NCBI GenBank assembly: GCA_963765895.1
Contig: CAVXZB010000006.1
Location: forward strand, 1-64,000
Origin: an uncultured Nitrososphaeraceae archaeon
GTDB taxonomy: Archaea > Thermoproteota > Nitrososphaeria > Nitrososphaerales > Nitrososphaeraceae
DNA length: 64,000 bases
Reading direction: 5' to 3'
Shown here: positions 1 to 12,799 of the stretch, piece after piece
Layout: each line of letters begins with the position of its first letter
Numbering within the stretch: position 1 is the first letter of the stretch
The notes under the pieces: model-generated
Seen by the model: the letters and a program-made list of their open reading frames with translations, nothing else
Database searches by the model: none
Told to the model about the DNA's origin: nothing
Program-made: the position numbers and the translations under genes

Positions 1-5
1 TAGAA

Positions 6-1062
6 ATGCTCAAACAAAGCTCTTCTACACATACCCAGGCAATCTCTGTATACGAACAACTTCGATATATGGGATTGGGGCTTGGAGAACTGACCATCTT
101 GGTTAATACTATTACAGAATTAGCTAAAGAAAATGGTATTTCAGAATCAATGGCTGTTAACAAATTCCTAAATAATGTTACACAACTACAAATACGTTAG
201 CGGTTTTGAGTCTAGACTTGAAGAGCTAAAAAATGAGACAGAAGATGCAGAGTCTCGCCTGATAATATTACGCCAGTCAGGTTCAGAATTGGACAAGTCA
301 CAGATTCATTGAGAAAACTGTGGGCAATGGGGGTAAAGTCTGAAGACATTATAGATCTAGCAAAGGCTCTAGACAAGGAGACCACAGATAATGTTAATTA
401 TGATAACAGAGCAATTAATAATAATGAAACTATCCCATCAGATTTGAAAAAGTATCGAAATCTTAAAACCGACATCGAGGATTTAAGTAAAGCCAAGGAT
501 GAATTGATAGCAGAAATGGCATCTATTATGTCAATAAGATATTGCCTTGCGGCATCAGTAGTGTCATCGACCTTTAGAGTCTTTCAGTATCTTAATTTCA
601 TGATTGATGTTATCAAATGCACAAGAGTACAAATTTAGGGACATGTTTTGTTTGCATTTGTATTTGCTATATCATGAACTACCTATAATGTATAACAAAG
701 AACAAGAATTAAACGTAGACAAAATATCAATTCAATCAGATAATTATCAAAAATTCTTACCATTTATAGATGCTGCAAACGGCGATGATATTGAATTTAG
801 GATACTGAAGAATGTGTTAATTGATGCTATTCAAATTGGATTAGATAAACTGAAGTCTAGTAACAGTCAGGATAGAGATAATGATAATAGTACTGCCTAC
901 TCGTACCACTACTACGATAGTTGCTTTAAACCAAGCAAAAACTGCATTAGGACAGTTCCAGGAACAAGTCTAATTGTTAATGTCTTACCTGTTCTATTAT
1001 CAAGAACACTTTTGTATCTAAATACTTTTAATTGTAATTATAGAAAATACTGCTTAAATTAA
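6..1062 (+). pseudogene. Fragmented coiled-coil hypothetical protein (probably enters from before the window)
   Basis: Three consecutive ORFs (6-200, 309-638, 604-1062); the gap reads YKYVSGFESRLEELKNETEDAESRL in another frame, consistent with one frameshifted gene. Confidence 0.55.
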
Positions 1063-1640
1063 TTCACTGAAACAAATTAGCTATATTCAACTTAGTTCAT
1101 CAAAATTAACAACCTATTTACTATCTGTTTAAACGCTTTTGTAGTTATACAGAATATGTGAGACAGTATAAACACATCATAGATATTCAGATATCTTCAT
1201 TTCAAATAACCTTCAATAGAGTACATAAACATCAACCAAGCCATAAAGTGTCGAAAGATTATGGATGAAGCAGTACAAAGAAATATGATAAGACATACAT
1301 TGTATTATTCAAACCCCGTATTATTCATCATATCATCATTTCATTTCTTATTGCATTGATAAGGATTCGATAAAACCACCAGATGAAAATTAAGATCGCA
1401 TAGATCAATTTTCTAATGCCCTGGATGGGAAAAAGTATCATCGTACATTAATAGTAGCATGATTGTTAAATTATCAGATATTAAGATTCGCCTATGAATT
1501 TACATGGTCTGAGATAATCCCATACAATGTGTCACTGATACAGGTTCATACTAGAACTCATCAGCAAAAAATCCAGGTCGGAATAAAGATTATTAAACCA
1601 GACCGATAAAAATACTAGGTAGTAGCATTATACTCTACTA

Positions 1641-2000
1641 ATGGTAGAGAAAATACAAAAAAAGAGTATGGCTTCTGCAGACGAGACAAGATTTTTTGAT
1701 AAGGGAAAAGTTGAAATTGTAAATATTGGCAACACTACAGTTGGTAAGGCATCTTTTGAGCCTGGTTGGAGCTGGGAAAAATGTGTAAAACCAATTGCTC
1801 AAACTGAAAGCTGTCAAGCTCCTCATACGCAATATATAATATCAGGTAGAATGAGAGTCAAGATGGATGACGGAAGCGAAGAGGAATACGGTCCTGGCGA
1901 CGTTGGCTACGTTCCTTCTGGCCATAATGCATGGGTAGTTGGAGATGAGCCGTGCGTTGCGATAGATTTTACAGGTATGGGAACATATGCTAAGAAATAA
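1641..2000 (+). CDS. Cupin domain protein
   Basis: PGWSW...CQAPHTQYIISG...GPGDVGYVPSGHNAWVVG cupin motifs; intact. Confidence 0.9.
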   Translation: MVEKIQKKSMASADETRFFDKGKVEIVNIGNTTVGKASFEPGWSWEKCVKPIAQTESCQAPHTQYIISGRMRVKMDDGSEEEYGPGDVGYVPSGHNAWVVGDEPCVAIDFTGMGTYAKK

Positions 2001-3209
2001 ACACACAATTGTTCATTAATAATTTATAGACTCGTACAATAGACAATCTATTTTTCTTTATTTGTATCTCTGGGCAAATATCTTTTGGAAAAATAAGAAA
2101 TAAATAGGTGTGGTGGATAGGTAAATGACTTATTTTCTAAAGCGCAGCGTCTATATAAAGCAGATCTAGCTTATCACATAATTTTCTTTGATCAAATAAA
2201 CCTTCAATCAATTAGAAAAACTAGCATAGTCTCTGCAAACTATTCAAATGTTATCTGCCTGTCTGGTGATAATTTGTTCAATTGTTGGTAGTCTATGAAC
2301 CCACTACACGTAGGAAGTCTTTTCCCATTATTGTGAAAAGTTCTCTTTGATGTGCCGACATGGATTACGCATTTATAGATGATACAATTAAAGTTGCAGC
2401 AGTACATCCGGAAATATACAACAACATATTCTTATTAAATTTAATTTGTCAGGTAATTTGCAAGTCTTGATTTAAATGTTTTAGAATATTAAACGAATGT
2501 ATAATGATTAACCATCTATACTGTAAATTAATATCATCTATCACTATGATGATGATCTACGAATCGACTGACGAGGAAAGTCTTATGTTTCTACACAGAG
2601 AACCAATTTAATTAGGCCAATTAGCATTAAAGATCCTACTAATTAAAGTCATAAAGAATTTAAGAAATGTATAAAAAAAATGAGGCATATTATGATGATA
2701 TTAATTCAATACTACTTATTAGTTTGCTACCATTCATATTGATATATGGTTGGTTGTAATAGTTTTTTTATATTTATCAGCGTACTCAGCATCTTAAACA
2801 ATAACGTAAAAGTTCTGACAACTACATAATGATACTAATGTTCCTTCAATAATGGGATTAAGAGTACCGAAAAACATCATTTAGTGGAGGTACTTTGAAA
2901 TATAATATATATGCCGATCCAAATGGCTGGAGACAAAAACAGTTATTTTATACAAAAGCTCATTAAATTTAATTATTAGTCCTATAATATGACTGTGAGC
3001 AAAATCTAAAGCCAACTCTAGTAAGTGACAATATGCACATAAAGATTTAGTAATTCTCTATAGGACTATATGTAGATTCAGATCGAAGTTGATGAATATT
3101 AGGAGTTTGAATCAAACTATAATAGAAAGACTAAAGATAGATAAAAGTACATGGAGATCTTCTATATTGGTACACATTACAGTTTATAAATTGCGAGGTC
3201 TAGTCAACT

Positions 3210-3834
3210 CTTTTTCTAGGAAATGCACAATAATTATTATTGTATTTTTCACGGCAAGTGTTCTCGCATCGATTCCTCAGAAAACCGATGATTATTTCAA
3301 TATTTCTTGGATTTATCAAAATTACGATCATAGTATATTTGCACAGACTGTCATCAGTTACTTGGTCTTTTGTATATTATAACAATACGGTATTAGGAAT
3401 AGAAATACTAATACCACAACAATGGATCGGTAACCATAAAGATGACAATACAGTGTCTTCAGGTGATCCTAATTTAGTTCAATTTTTCTCTCCACAAAAA
3501 GATGCACAACTTTTTGTCACAGTATATCCTTTACCGAGTTCAAATATGTCTATTAATGCTTATGACAAACAATATAATATGTATAGTAATGACCCAACTA
3601 TTCATAATCTAGTATTTGCTAATACAACGTTATCAGGAATGCCAGCTCACCAGGCAACATTCATGTTAAGTTACTCAGGAAAATCATATCATGTTATTCA
3701 TGTGTGGACAATTAAAAATGATCATGTTTACAAGCTTTCATTTAGTACCATATGATGAGGCTTTTAAAAAGTATTTATCACCAATAGAAATAATGATAAA
3801 TTCATTTAATGTTACAAGAAATCGAATATCATGA
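3210..3834 (+). pseudogene. PsbP-like exported protein, frameshifted twice
   Basis: Signal-like IIIIVFFTASVLA...SIFAQT in one frame; core GIEILIPQQW...TTLSGMPAHQ...WTIKNDHVYKLSF in ORF 3240-3755; C-terminal YDEAFKKYLSPIEIMINSF in a shifted frame ending 3834. Start approximate. Confidence 0.7.
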
Positions 3835-4329
3835 TGCCTTCATTATTTCTAGCTTGCATTATTTAATTTCACATCTATCGAAAGAATAAGTAAACTGTTT
3901 ACAGGCCCATATATTTTAGTGCGTCTCCTAAATGAGTTTTGTCTTTAGATGTCTGCTTAAAGATAGATTTACTGCGTTATCTAAATTTGTGTGCATTTTC
4001 TTATAACCAGATAAGTTTAGCTAGATAACAAACAGTAAAGTCATATATAACTGTAAAAAAAGATCAGTAATATAACTTACTTTGTTAGCACTACCATATT
4101 CATGTTACCAATGTATAGACACTGCGTTACATGAGACTGGTATATGTTAGTACATAGTGGAATTATGAAAGGTTAATCAAGATTAGACTATCTTTCATAC
4201 TGTGTTATTAACAAAACTTAACACAGCTTGCGGGCGCAGCCCGGCAGTAGAATGGAAGTTCTATTTCTTTGCTTCGTAGGTCTATACAAACATCATTATT
4301 AAAAATTGAAGATACTTATCAAAACTCAA

Positions 4330-4758
4330 TTACCTTGTTTTTAACAATAGGCTTTGTTTCTTACCGTATTTTGAAAATATCTGTTCATATGCTAAGTGTT
4401 TTTCTCGAATAAGTGCATTTGAGCTATCATACATTTTAATAAAATTTGCTCGTAAAACTAAATTTCCTTCTAAATCGAAGAATCTTATGCTATAGCTTTT
4501 TCTGTCATCCGATTTATTCTCAATTACAAATCTTGCCTCTTTGGTATTGTTAAGGTTAACGTGTATATGCCATGGTCTGGATTCGTCGCCTATTGTAGCG
4601 TATTGTTCTCTAACTCGGAGCAGTAAATTCTTTTCTGCATTCACTTCGCATACTGCGCCATTGCTTCTTACCGAGAACATGACATTATCATGAGGAAGTA
4701 TATCGTTTATAATATCCTCAAAGGTTATGTCTGAATTCTTGTCGACTGTAGATATCAT
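4330..4758 (-). CDS. ChuX/HutX/HemS-like heme-utilisation carrier protein
   Basis: VRSNGAVCEV, WHIHVN and SYSIRFFDLEGNLVLRANF resemble the HutX/HemS pattern. Confidence 0.65.
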   Translation of the reverse strand: MISTVDKNSDITFEDIINDILPHDNVMFSVRSNGAVCEVNAEKNLLLRVREQYATIGDESRPWHIHVNLNNTKEARFVIENKSDDRKSYSIRFFDLEGNLVLRANFIKMYDSSNALIREKHLAYEQIFSKYGKKQSLLLKTR

Positions 4759-4997
4759 TTGTATGAATTACATGTAATCATCCATAATAGTATATTGAAT
4801 AATTTAGCTAGCCGACAATTCGCCTTTCAGATATAGATAAGTGCCAGGTCCTTAACAATCAGAGATATTGAACAATGAATTAATGTATTGTCTATTCCAC
4901 ATGCAAAGTTGACTAGTTAAGATTAAACACATAAATTAATAATATCTTGTATCCATAATATCTTCAATTATATAACTTATTTTGACATTGTCAACCA

Positions 4998-5927
4998 ATG
5001 ATAAGTGCTCTTTTCTGCCTTGAGATATGGGGAACTGACTATAACAAGATCAAAGAAACCTGTTTGCTAGCAGAAAAATTAGGATATCACGGGTTTTACT
5101 ATGGTGAGTCTTTAACGGATATTGATTTGGATTGCTGGACCATAGTTTCTAATTTATCAGCAATGACCCATAAGATTAAACTAGGGCCTGTTATAACGTA
5201 TATTCTTCCTCAATATAGGAACATTTCTCTTTTAGCAAAACAGGCTTTGACAGTACAGGAAATTTCCAATGGAAGACTCGAATTTCGAACAGGTGTAGGT
5301 GCGACACCTCAATGGGCTTCAAATTGGTGGCATCCTTATGTTATAGATTATCCAAATAATGCTAAAAGAGTATCATTATTTGAGGAAGGAATGGAGCTAT
5401 TAGATATGCTATGGAGTAGATCTTCAACGACAACGACATTTAATGGTCAACATTTTAAGGTAAAAGATATAGCATTATTGAAAAACTGTCTTCGAACAAA
5501 GGTTATTCCAATAACGATAGCAGCTAAACAACTAAAAACTATGCAAATAGCTGCTAAATACGCACACATATGGGAGTGCTCTTATCTAAATCCTGAACAA
5601 TTTGTCTCACTCAATAAAAAATTCGAAAATATGTGTAAAAAGACTAATCGAGACGAAGGACGAAGAATAACTAAATCAATTGAACTAGACGTCATTATCT
5701 CTGAATCTGACTAGGATTTAAAATACAAGAAAAGAATATTCGCTACTGAGAGAGGTTTATCTATGGCCAATCAGATATTCAAACAAGGACTCATTGGAAC
5801 ACCTGAAGAAGTAAGAGAAAGACTAATACAGTATACTAGGGCAGGTGTGAATCAATTCTTGCTTGCATTTCATGACCCACTTGATAATAAAGCATTAGAA
5901 TTATTCATGGATGCCGCGATTAAATAA
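4998..5927 (+). pseudogene. LLM-class (probably F420-dependent) oxidoreductase with in-frame TAG at 5712-5714
   Basis: AEKLGYHGFYYGE, IKLGPVIT, SNGRLEFRTGVG motifs; reading continues in frame past the TAG (DLKYKK...LIGTPEEVRERL...AGVNQFLL) to TAA 5927. Confidence 0.85.
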
Positions 5928-6119
5928 TTTTATTAGGAATAATCATTATGTATGATTATGTGTTGGTTATGTATCTTAAACATATGTAAACACTTCAATC
6001 TCATACTATATTCATTATGATATTGTTTGCAAGGCTTGTCCTTTTAGATCTAAAACGACTTTGTCAAGTAACTTTCGTAGTGTTATGATTGCACTCACAG
6101 TGTCAATATCCGATGATAG

Positions 6120-6722
6120 CTACGGGGCTGTTTTGTTGTTGTTCATTGCGTTTGAAGTGGTGGTATTAAATGAAGTAGTATGTGATTGATTGGCAACTAT
6201 TACAGTTCCATTCATCATATAGTTTGGAGCGCCATTATCAAACTTGGTCCAGAATAGATAAAAAGTACCAGTATAATTAAACCTGATTGATTGATTTTGA
6301 AGCAAGAAAATTGTTGAATAGACCACTTTGATACACTACGTTCCTTGAGCTATTGTTTACAAGAATTACTTGGTGATGATGCCCAGCGTCTGCGTTAAGC
6401 CAAGTGACTGTGGCACCTGTATTCACAACTGCATTCTGAGGAATGTAAGGTTGATTGGCAACCTCAATTCTTTCGGCTTCGCATTGGGGTCTTTATGTCC
6501 TTCATTAGGAATCACAATTACAAGATTCTTGATATTATCGCCAAGAATTATGGTCCGGGTTTAATGAATGGTAGACGCTTTTATATCAGGGTTTATGGTT
6601 GACCATCTGTTCAAACTGCTAGTACTGAATGGTTTGGTATGTTAGAAACAGCACCTCTTGTAAAGATTGCGAGTGTAGATGCAAATAATATTATCATCGT
6701 ATTTGTTTTGTGTTGTATTCAT
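6120..6722 (-). pseudogene. Degraded exported cupredoxin-like protein
   Basis: Across several frames: NLVIVIPNEGH / VANQPYIPQNAVVNTGATVTWLNADAGHHHQV / FNYTGTFY...MMNGTVIV. Confidence 0.6.
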
Positions 6723-7141
6723 TAAATATCTATCAGCCACAATGCACTAAAGTGTACACTAATTTTCAAATTCCGTAAAAACTAACACAGTGTATTCATC
6801 GAATGTATCGCACATAAATCTATTATTAGGGACCACTAAGCTTGTTAGATATATGAAATTCATGAATACCACTTGGGTTAGGTGCTTTAACTGCAAAAAC
6901 ATTAGCGAAAAGACCAAAGGAATCTAAAATTGAAATTCCAGAAAGATGAGTATGCAGGGAAATTGATTCTAACACTCAATGCAAAGTAATTGTCATCTCT
7001 ATTAGATAGTATCTTAATTGTTTTAATATAATGAGAACCTAAATTAATCAAATATTTTAAATAGATACATAATGTTACCGGGACTCAGTTTTTGCGTATA
7101 ACTATAATCTTATTAGCCTATACTTTATATAATAATATGAG

Positions 7142-7348
7142 TTGGATTACTCAGAATGTACTTGCAGTAGATGGACCAGTAAAGTATTGGAGCCAATAAG
7201 AGTATCGCATTCACGTATCATTTATCGTTGTAGACAATGTGATGGTATAGTGTGTTGGTCTGATATTGACATAGCATTCCGAGGGAAGATAAAGATAAGA
7301 CCTAAATTGGAAGGATTCAGCAAAAAATTACTTCATGATCTTATCTAG
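7142..7348 (+). CDS. Small putative zinc-binding protein
   Basis: 68 aa with CTC and CRQC; AT-rich TATA-like stretch upstream. Confidence 0.5.
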   Translation: MDYSECTCSRWTSKVLEPIRVSHSRIIYRCRQCDGIVCWSDIDIAFRGKIKIRPKLEGFSKKLLHDLI

Positions 7349-7579
7349 ATTTTCTGTGGATCGCCTTTCAAACTATAGATGAGCCCGCAATCTTGTCTCG
7401 GAGTGAATTTACCAGATATACTTCGACTCCCATGAGGTATTACGTCCAAAGAGGAACCATTTTAGCTGTAATAGATGGACTTCTATGGGAGTTTACCGCT
7501 ACTATTCCTTTTCAGTATTTCAAAACGAAATTTCAAGAGCTATTCAAAAATAAAATTTTCTATTTTTTTCCTTAGATCA

Positions 7580-7993
7580 TTATCTTGGAGGTTGTTGATG
7601 GAATACTCTTTCTGGCTCTATCTTTAATACGACCCTCTTTTCATTTGGTGAATGATAGGGATATTTATCTAGACCTAAATACTTTTTTGCAAGTTTGTCA
7701 GCATGTTCAGCTGCACCTTTAGTGATATGTTCGATAACTTTTCCTCTTATTGTAACCATTTCATATGGATTGTTATGATTAACAACCGAGATAGCTATCC
7801 TGGGATCTCGTGAAATATTCTTGTGTTTAATCCTACCCTCAGCTGTATTTATTAAAACAGTGTTTGTATCTTTTTCAAAATCAATCCATACAGGAGTGAT
7901 CTGTGGTGAACCATCTTTCATTAGTGTTGCTACAAAAGCAAAATTTTTTTCCTCAAGCAATTTAGCAGTAGGACTTGATATTATTTGACTCAT
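7580..7993 (-). CDS. PPOX-class F420-dependent oxidoreductase
   Basis: FAFVATLMKDGSPQITPVW, NTAEGRIKHKNISRDPRIAISV, YEMVTIRG. Confidence 0.92.
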   Translation of the reverse strand: MSQIISSPTAKLLEEKNFAFVATLMKDGSPQITPVWIDFEKDTNTVLINTAEGRIKHKNISRDPRIAISVVNHNNPYEMVTIRGKVIEHITKGAAEHADKLAKKYLGLDKYPYHSPNEKRVVLKIEPERVFHQQPPR

Positions 7994-8869
7994 ACTTTAA
8001 TAACAAATGCAAGACATATTTAATAATGGTTATGCAAGAATGAGAATCTAAAGAAATTGAGTTTAAAGTATTTAACAGAATGTAACAGAAAGTTATCCTC
8101 TTACGAATGATTCATTTACTTGCAACTGGTTTGAATATGGACTTTTATCAAGTCTTGCTTAGAGATATAATCATAGTTAGTTAATAGCAAGGGATGAACA
8201 CCTTATTTCTGAAAATTATTTTATATATTATATAGTTAGTTGACTTCCAACTGTTACCATAGTTATCCTCTTTCCAATTTCGTTTTGCCTTCTAAATTTG
8301 CTCCGATAGTCTTATTCTTGTAAAAGAGAATGTTTCGAAAGGCTGATGAAAGATAATGGATTAACTAAGCTGAAAGCATTGTCTATGTTACTTGGCAAAT
8401 ACCAAAGCCAATGACGCTTAGAAGAAGCTGTAATTGTTTAAAGGATTATAGATAATGAGAAATCCAAGAAATCAGATTATGGGGCAAAGATTTTACGAAG
8501 ATACATAATTGAAATTACTGTGATTTATAGAAAAGCCTGTATCATTATATAAATTAAATGAAATGGTATTTGCACAAGTATAAAGCATATATAATATTCC
8601 CGTAATAAGCAATTAAAAGATATGCATGCCAAGATATGTATATCATAAGTGAACAATCAAGATAGATTTAATCTATATTTGAATTCTCATTGTTTATCGA
8701 AGATGCAGGATATCAAATGTTATGTCATTGAGAGGACAGATAATATTTAAAAGATCAATTAGCAATGACTGATTCTATATAATAGAAACAAAAGATAGCG
8801 GAATAAATTAATATGACTGATTGAAAATATGAGGGTACATATACTAGAAAAACAAAAAATTATCGTAGT

Positions 8870-8945
8870 ATATGATATCATCTCCAGATCCGCCACCAAG
8901 TATATCATTGCCCCGACCGCCGCAGATTGTAGATTTGCCTTGTCT
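8870..8945 (-). pseudogene. Relic of an RTX/hemolysin-type calcium-binding repeat
   Basis: TICGGRGNDILGGGSGDDIIY (two GGxGxD nonapeptides) in otherwise non-coding-looking sequence. Confidence 0.55.
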
Positions 8946-9208
8946 GTTGAATTTTTGTTTTTGATATAAGTGAATATAGTGTAATAAGAGAGTAATATTT
9001 TTTGCATTTTCCTTAGATATTTTGTAAAGCAATTTACTAAGATAAGGAACTAATTCGTGGATGACATCTTCTATTTTTGTTCAAAATATATTATTGTAGT
9101 CCTCGAGAAGAGGTGTTAAGTTATCTGCCATCCTTGTAAAGGCCTTTGATTTCATAATATGACAAAATATTGCAAGCTTAGACTTACAAGCATATATTTT
9201 ATATATTA

Positions 9209-9245
9209 TATTAACAAATAAGATAGATATTTAAATTAGTTAATA
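9209..9245. promoter_or_regulatory. Inverted repeat TATTAAC-N23-GTTAATA flanking a TATA-like box upstream of the NikR-like gene
   Basis: Perfect 7-bp arms at 9209-9215 and 9239-9245 around ATTTAAAT; the same arms recur at 9859-9865 and 9893-9899. Confidence 0.35.
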
Positions 9246-9258
9246 AAAATAATTATCT

Positions 9259-9642
9259 GTGACAATTGTCAGCATATCACTGAGTAAAGACCTTCTTGAT
9301 GATTTAAATAAATTGCAAAAAAGGCTTGGCTTCACTGGTAGATCAGAGATAATTAGGGCTAGTGTTCGTACCATGCTCTCGGAAGAGAAAAAAAAGGAAG
9401 ATTTGATTGGGGACATTCATGCCCTTTTTCTTGTAACTCACGATGAAAAATCTGATGACGAAATTAATAATATGAGGCATACATACGATAAATTGATAAC
9501 TACACACTTACATAATAAAATTGACAGAGATAGATGTCTTGAAATATTCGTTCTGAAAGGTAATGCCAATCAGATAAGAGGAATGAATAAGCTGTTTCAG
9601 TCTAACAAGAAAATGGATAATGTTAAATTAATTGCAATGTAA
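9259..9642 (+). CDS. NikR-like CopG/RHH metal-responsive regulator
   Basis: N-terminal RHH (IVSISL...GFTGRSEIIR); C-terminal HTY...THLHNKI...CLEIFVLKG metal-binding domain. Confidence 0.88.
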   Translation: MTIVSISLSKDLLDDLNKLQKRLGFTGRSEIIRASVRTMLSEEKKKEDLIGDIHALFLVTHDEKSDDEINNMRHTYDKLITTHLHNKIDRDRCLEIFVLKGNANQIRGMNKLFQSNKKMDNVKLIAM

Positions 9643-10137
9643 TATTGATTAATATTATTGATTTATTGATTATTACTATGCTGCAAATAACGATTATAAG
9701 CTACAGCCTTTATTAATATTCATTTGACTCATTAGGCATTAACTTAATTGGTAAAGAGTGTTTGACAGATGGGATAGGATAGTAGTTGTCTACGATCTTT
9801 TGATCTACGTACAAAAATAATGATCTTATTAAATGCTTTATATGATGACCATTATTCCTATTAACAAAGATGTATATTGTTATTAATAGCTAGTTAATAA
9901 CGTGCAAAAAGTTTAGTATAGTATTAATTGTATACTCTGATTATCATATTAGTATCCAATCGTCTCTTTTATAACGATCCTCATGATTTCTATTTGCAAT
10001 CTGGACTATCACTCATGAATTCAAAGTTTTAATATGTGTACATATGTCCTATTCAGACATAAGATGAATGTCAATGATTATAATAAGACTCATGTTCACT
10101 GCATTTTTAGTTAATATGATGCTCAGGAATTGTCAAT

Positions 10138-10996
10138 ATGCTATTTGAAATATTTCAATATGGCTTTATGCAACGTGCATTAATTTCAGGAATTGCAGTT
10201 GCCATAAGCTGTTCTGTGATAGGACTTTTTCTTGTTTTGCGACGACAATCGCTATATGGTGATGCTCTTTCACATGTTGCCTTTGGAGGAATAGCCATCG
10301 GCCTATTTACAAATATATCTCCAATCTGGATGGCCTTTATAGTATCCATTTCAGCGTCTCTGGGGATTACTAAACTAAGACAGTCCACAAAAATTTCAGC
10401 AGATTCTGCTGTTGCTGTATTGCTGTCATCTGGTCTTGCAATAGGTGTAGTATTGATAGGATTGGCTGGTGGCTTTTCGCTTGATCTATACAGCTTCTTA
10501 TTTGGAAGTATCTTATTAATTAGCTCGCAAGATCAAGCTATGATTTTGATCATAACTGCAATAGTACTTGTAATTATGTATAAGATTTATCGAAAGCTTA
10601 TGTACATTGCTTTTGATGAAGAGCAGGCTAATGTTAGTGGTATAGATGTAACAAAGCTAAATTACCTTTTCATAGGTACTTGCTAGTATTACAGTAATAA
10701 CTTCATTAAGGTTAGTTGGAGTTTTGCTTATTTCATCACTAATAGTGATTCCTAATATTACTGCAGTGATGTTTGGAAAGGGATTCAAGAAAACAGCATT
10801 GATATCTATTATTATAGCGGTTTTGTCTGTGATCGCAGGAATAGTTATTTCATACATTATGAACTTAGCCCCTGGAGGAACAATCGTTATTATCTCAGTT
10901 GCTGGTTATCTTGCGACAATCATTACAAAATACATATTCAATCGGATAAAGGGAACAGGTATAAAAATGAGGCTAGAGAAGACAAGTAGCAACTGA
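10138..10996 (+). pseudogene. Zn/Mn ABC transporter permease (ZnuB/MntB-like), frameshift near 10675
   Basis: FMQRALI, LVLRRQSLYGDALSH, LFGSIL, AFDEEQA; continues VLASITVITSLRLVGVLLISSLIVIP in the shifted frame. Confidence 0.88.
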
Positions 10997-11322
10997 TACC
11001 CACAATATACTAATTACATCTGAAATGTATCGTAAATGAGGAAATAAAAAGGAGTAGACGTTTAAAGAGGGTTATAGTGAAATTTGGAATTCTCAGATGA
11101 GAATCTAGTGAAGGCATCTTGTTCACATTATAGTAATATTGGCATAATCCCAAATACTGTCCTAACTATACGGTGGAAGCCTTTTGTGATTAGTTGATAG
11201 GTCTAGTCTTTTCGTGCAAAGCGCAAGAGTGATGATACATAAGAATTGTACTACCAATTGAAATCTACGGTTTTTAAAATTAGTTGGAAGCAATGAGAGG
11301 TATCACTACCTCTTGGGATTAA

Positions 11323-11903
11323 TTATTTTAATATGACACTGTTTGCTGGAGTAGATTTCTCTACAGTAGGAGGCGGCAGAACAATTACTTGTCCTGACAT
11401 TGTAGGTTGATGGTAGGTACAATAGAATCTATACACCCAGGATCGCTTGCCTTAAATGTGGTAGTCGCATTTTCTAATGATCCAACATCCTTATTTATGT
11501 TGTATGGTGCTGCCATCGTGAAGGTGTGCCTATCACTTGGATCAAGATTATAAAAGTGTATAGTTACAGCATCACCTTCATTTACTGCCAAAACAGAAGA
11601 AGAATATACATCTCCGGGAATACAAAGTTTTGTTTCATTGACACCTTCCATTTCTTCTGAAAATACATAAAACGTCTTTTTGTTGCCTAGCTCTGCAGTA
11701 GCTGTCATTGTTGCATTTATGTTGTTACTATCAGTACTAGTTGTGTTTCCAGAAGTCATATTAGTCGATACTGCAGGCGGCGATGTCTGAGCAAGTGTGT
11801 GTGGCGTTAATACGCTAATAGAAGAGATCAGGAGTGAAGTAACGATAACTAAGGCAGGGATCATTTGTTTTGATCTGGTTGAATATAGCGAGATTCGTTC
11901 CAT
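11323..11903 (-). pseudogene. Exported cupredoxin (type-1 copper) protein, frameshift near 11435
   Basis: Signal peptide, VNEGDAVTIHFYN...HTFTM; shifted frame gives YRFYCTYHQPTMSGQVIV to TAA at 11323. Confidence 0.85.
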
Positions 11904-12799
11904 TTTCCTGATATAGTGAGATTCCACCAGTATTTATTCGAATTCTCAATTCTCTTTTTATGAGAATATAAATTTGATGGATATATCAATGGACTAATAT
12001 TGCTTAGCTCGAAACGCTAATTATGTGCATTAAGTATGTGTTCATAGCCAAATAGTGAAATATTCTTATATTATTAATATTGCTGCCAAGCTATGCTGGA
12101 TCTCCTAATGGCTCTCCCAGAATAGTAATAACTAAATTCTTGATAGTATTTGGAAGAATAATTGTTCAATAGGGTTTGATAATACTATTGGACGGTCGTC
12201 GACGATCCGCTAGGACATTGACCAAATGAGTTGAAATAATCAGACTAAACTACATCATCACCATCGCTAGAAAAACAACACTAATAGACTAACACGAAAA
12301 TGATCATAGATCCACCTGAGAATACCAAACTTTTATTTTATGTGGGTGGGTAAAATGAATCTTTTTTTGTAATACATCGTTACATGGCCAGTCTAGTATT
12401 AAGTTATTTACAAATCCTGCAGACAGATCAATTTAATCTTATTTTACATTATCTTGCAGAGTTTTTCATTAAAATATGTCATAACGTGTGAGTTCCAATC
12501 TGGATCGGTTTTGATAGTGGTTGTTCTACTTCAAAATTAATCGTTAATGGCCTTTGAGTCTCGTTCTTATTATCTGATACAGATCCACTAATCCAAAACT
12601 TTTACAAAACTATGTTGTAGAACTACATCTTTTATTTTGACATTATAAAATAAACGCATGGGATAAATAATGATAATAAAGACTGATTAACTTTCGTGCT
12701 AACTTAGTTAACCTACGTGATATAATATTACTGTAAAACTTGTTCCTCTGTTACGACTTTTAAAAATGATATTATGAAATGCTATCTAGATGGAAAGGG

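Noticed and set aside
4230-4280. GC-rich GCGGGCGCAGCCCGGCAGTAGAATGG resembling a tRNA 5' half
   Set aside because: No T-loop (GTTCRA) and no complementary acceptor strand.
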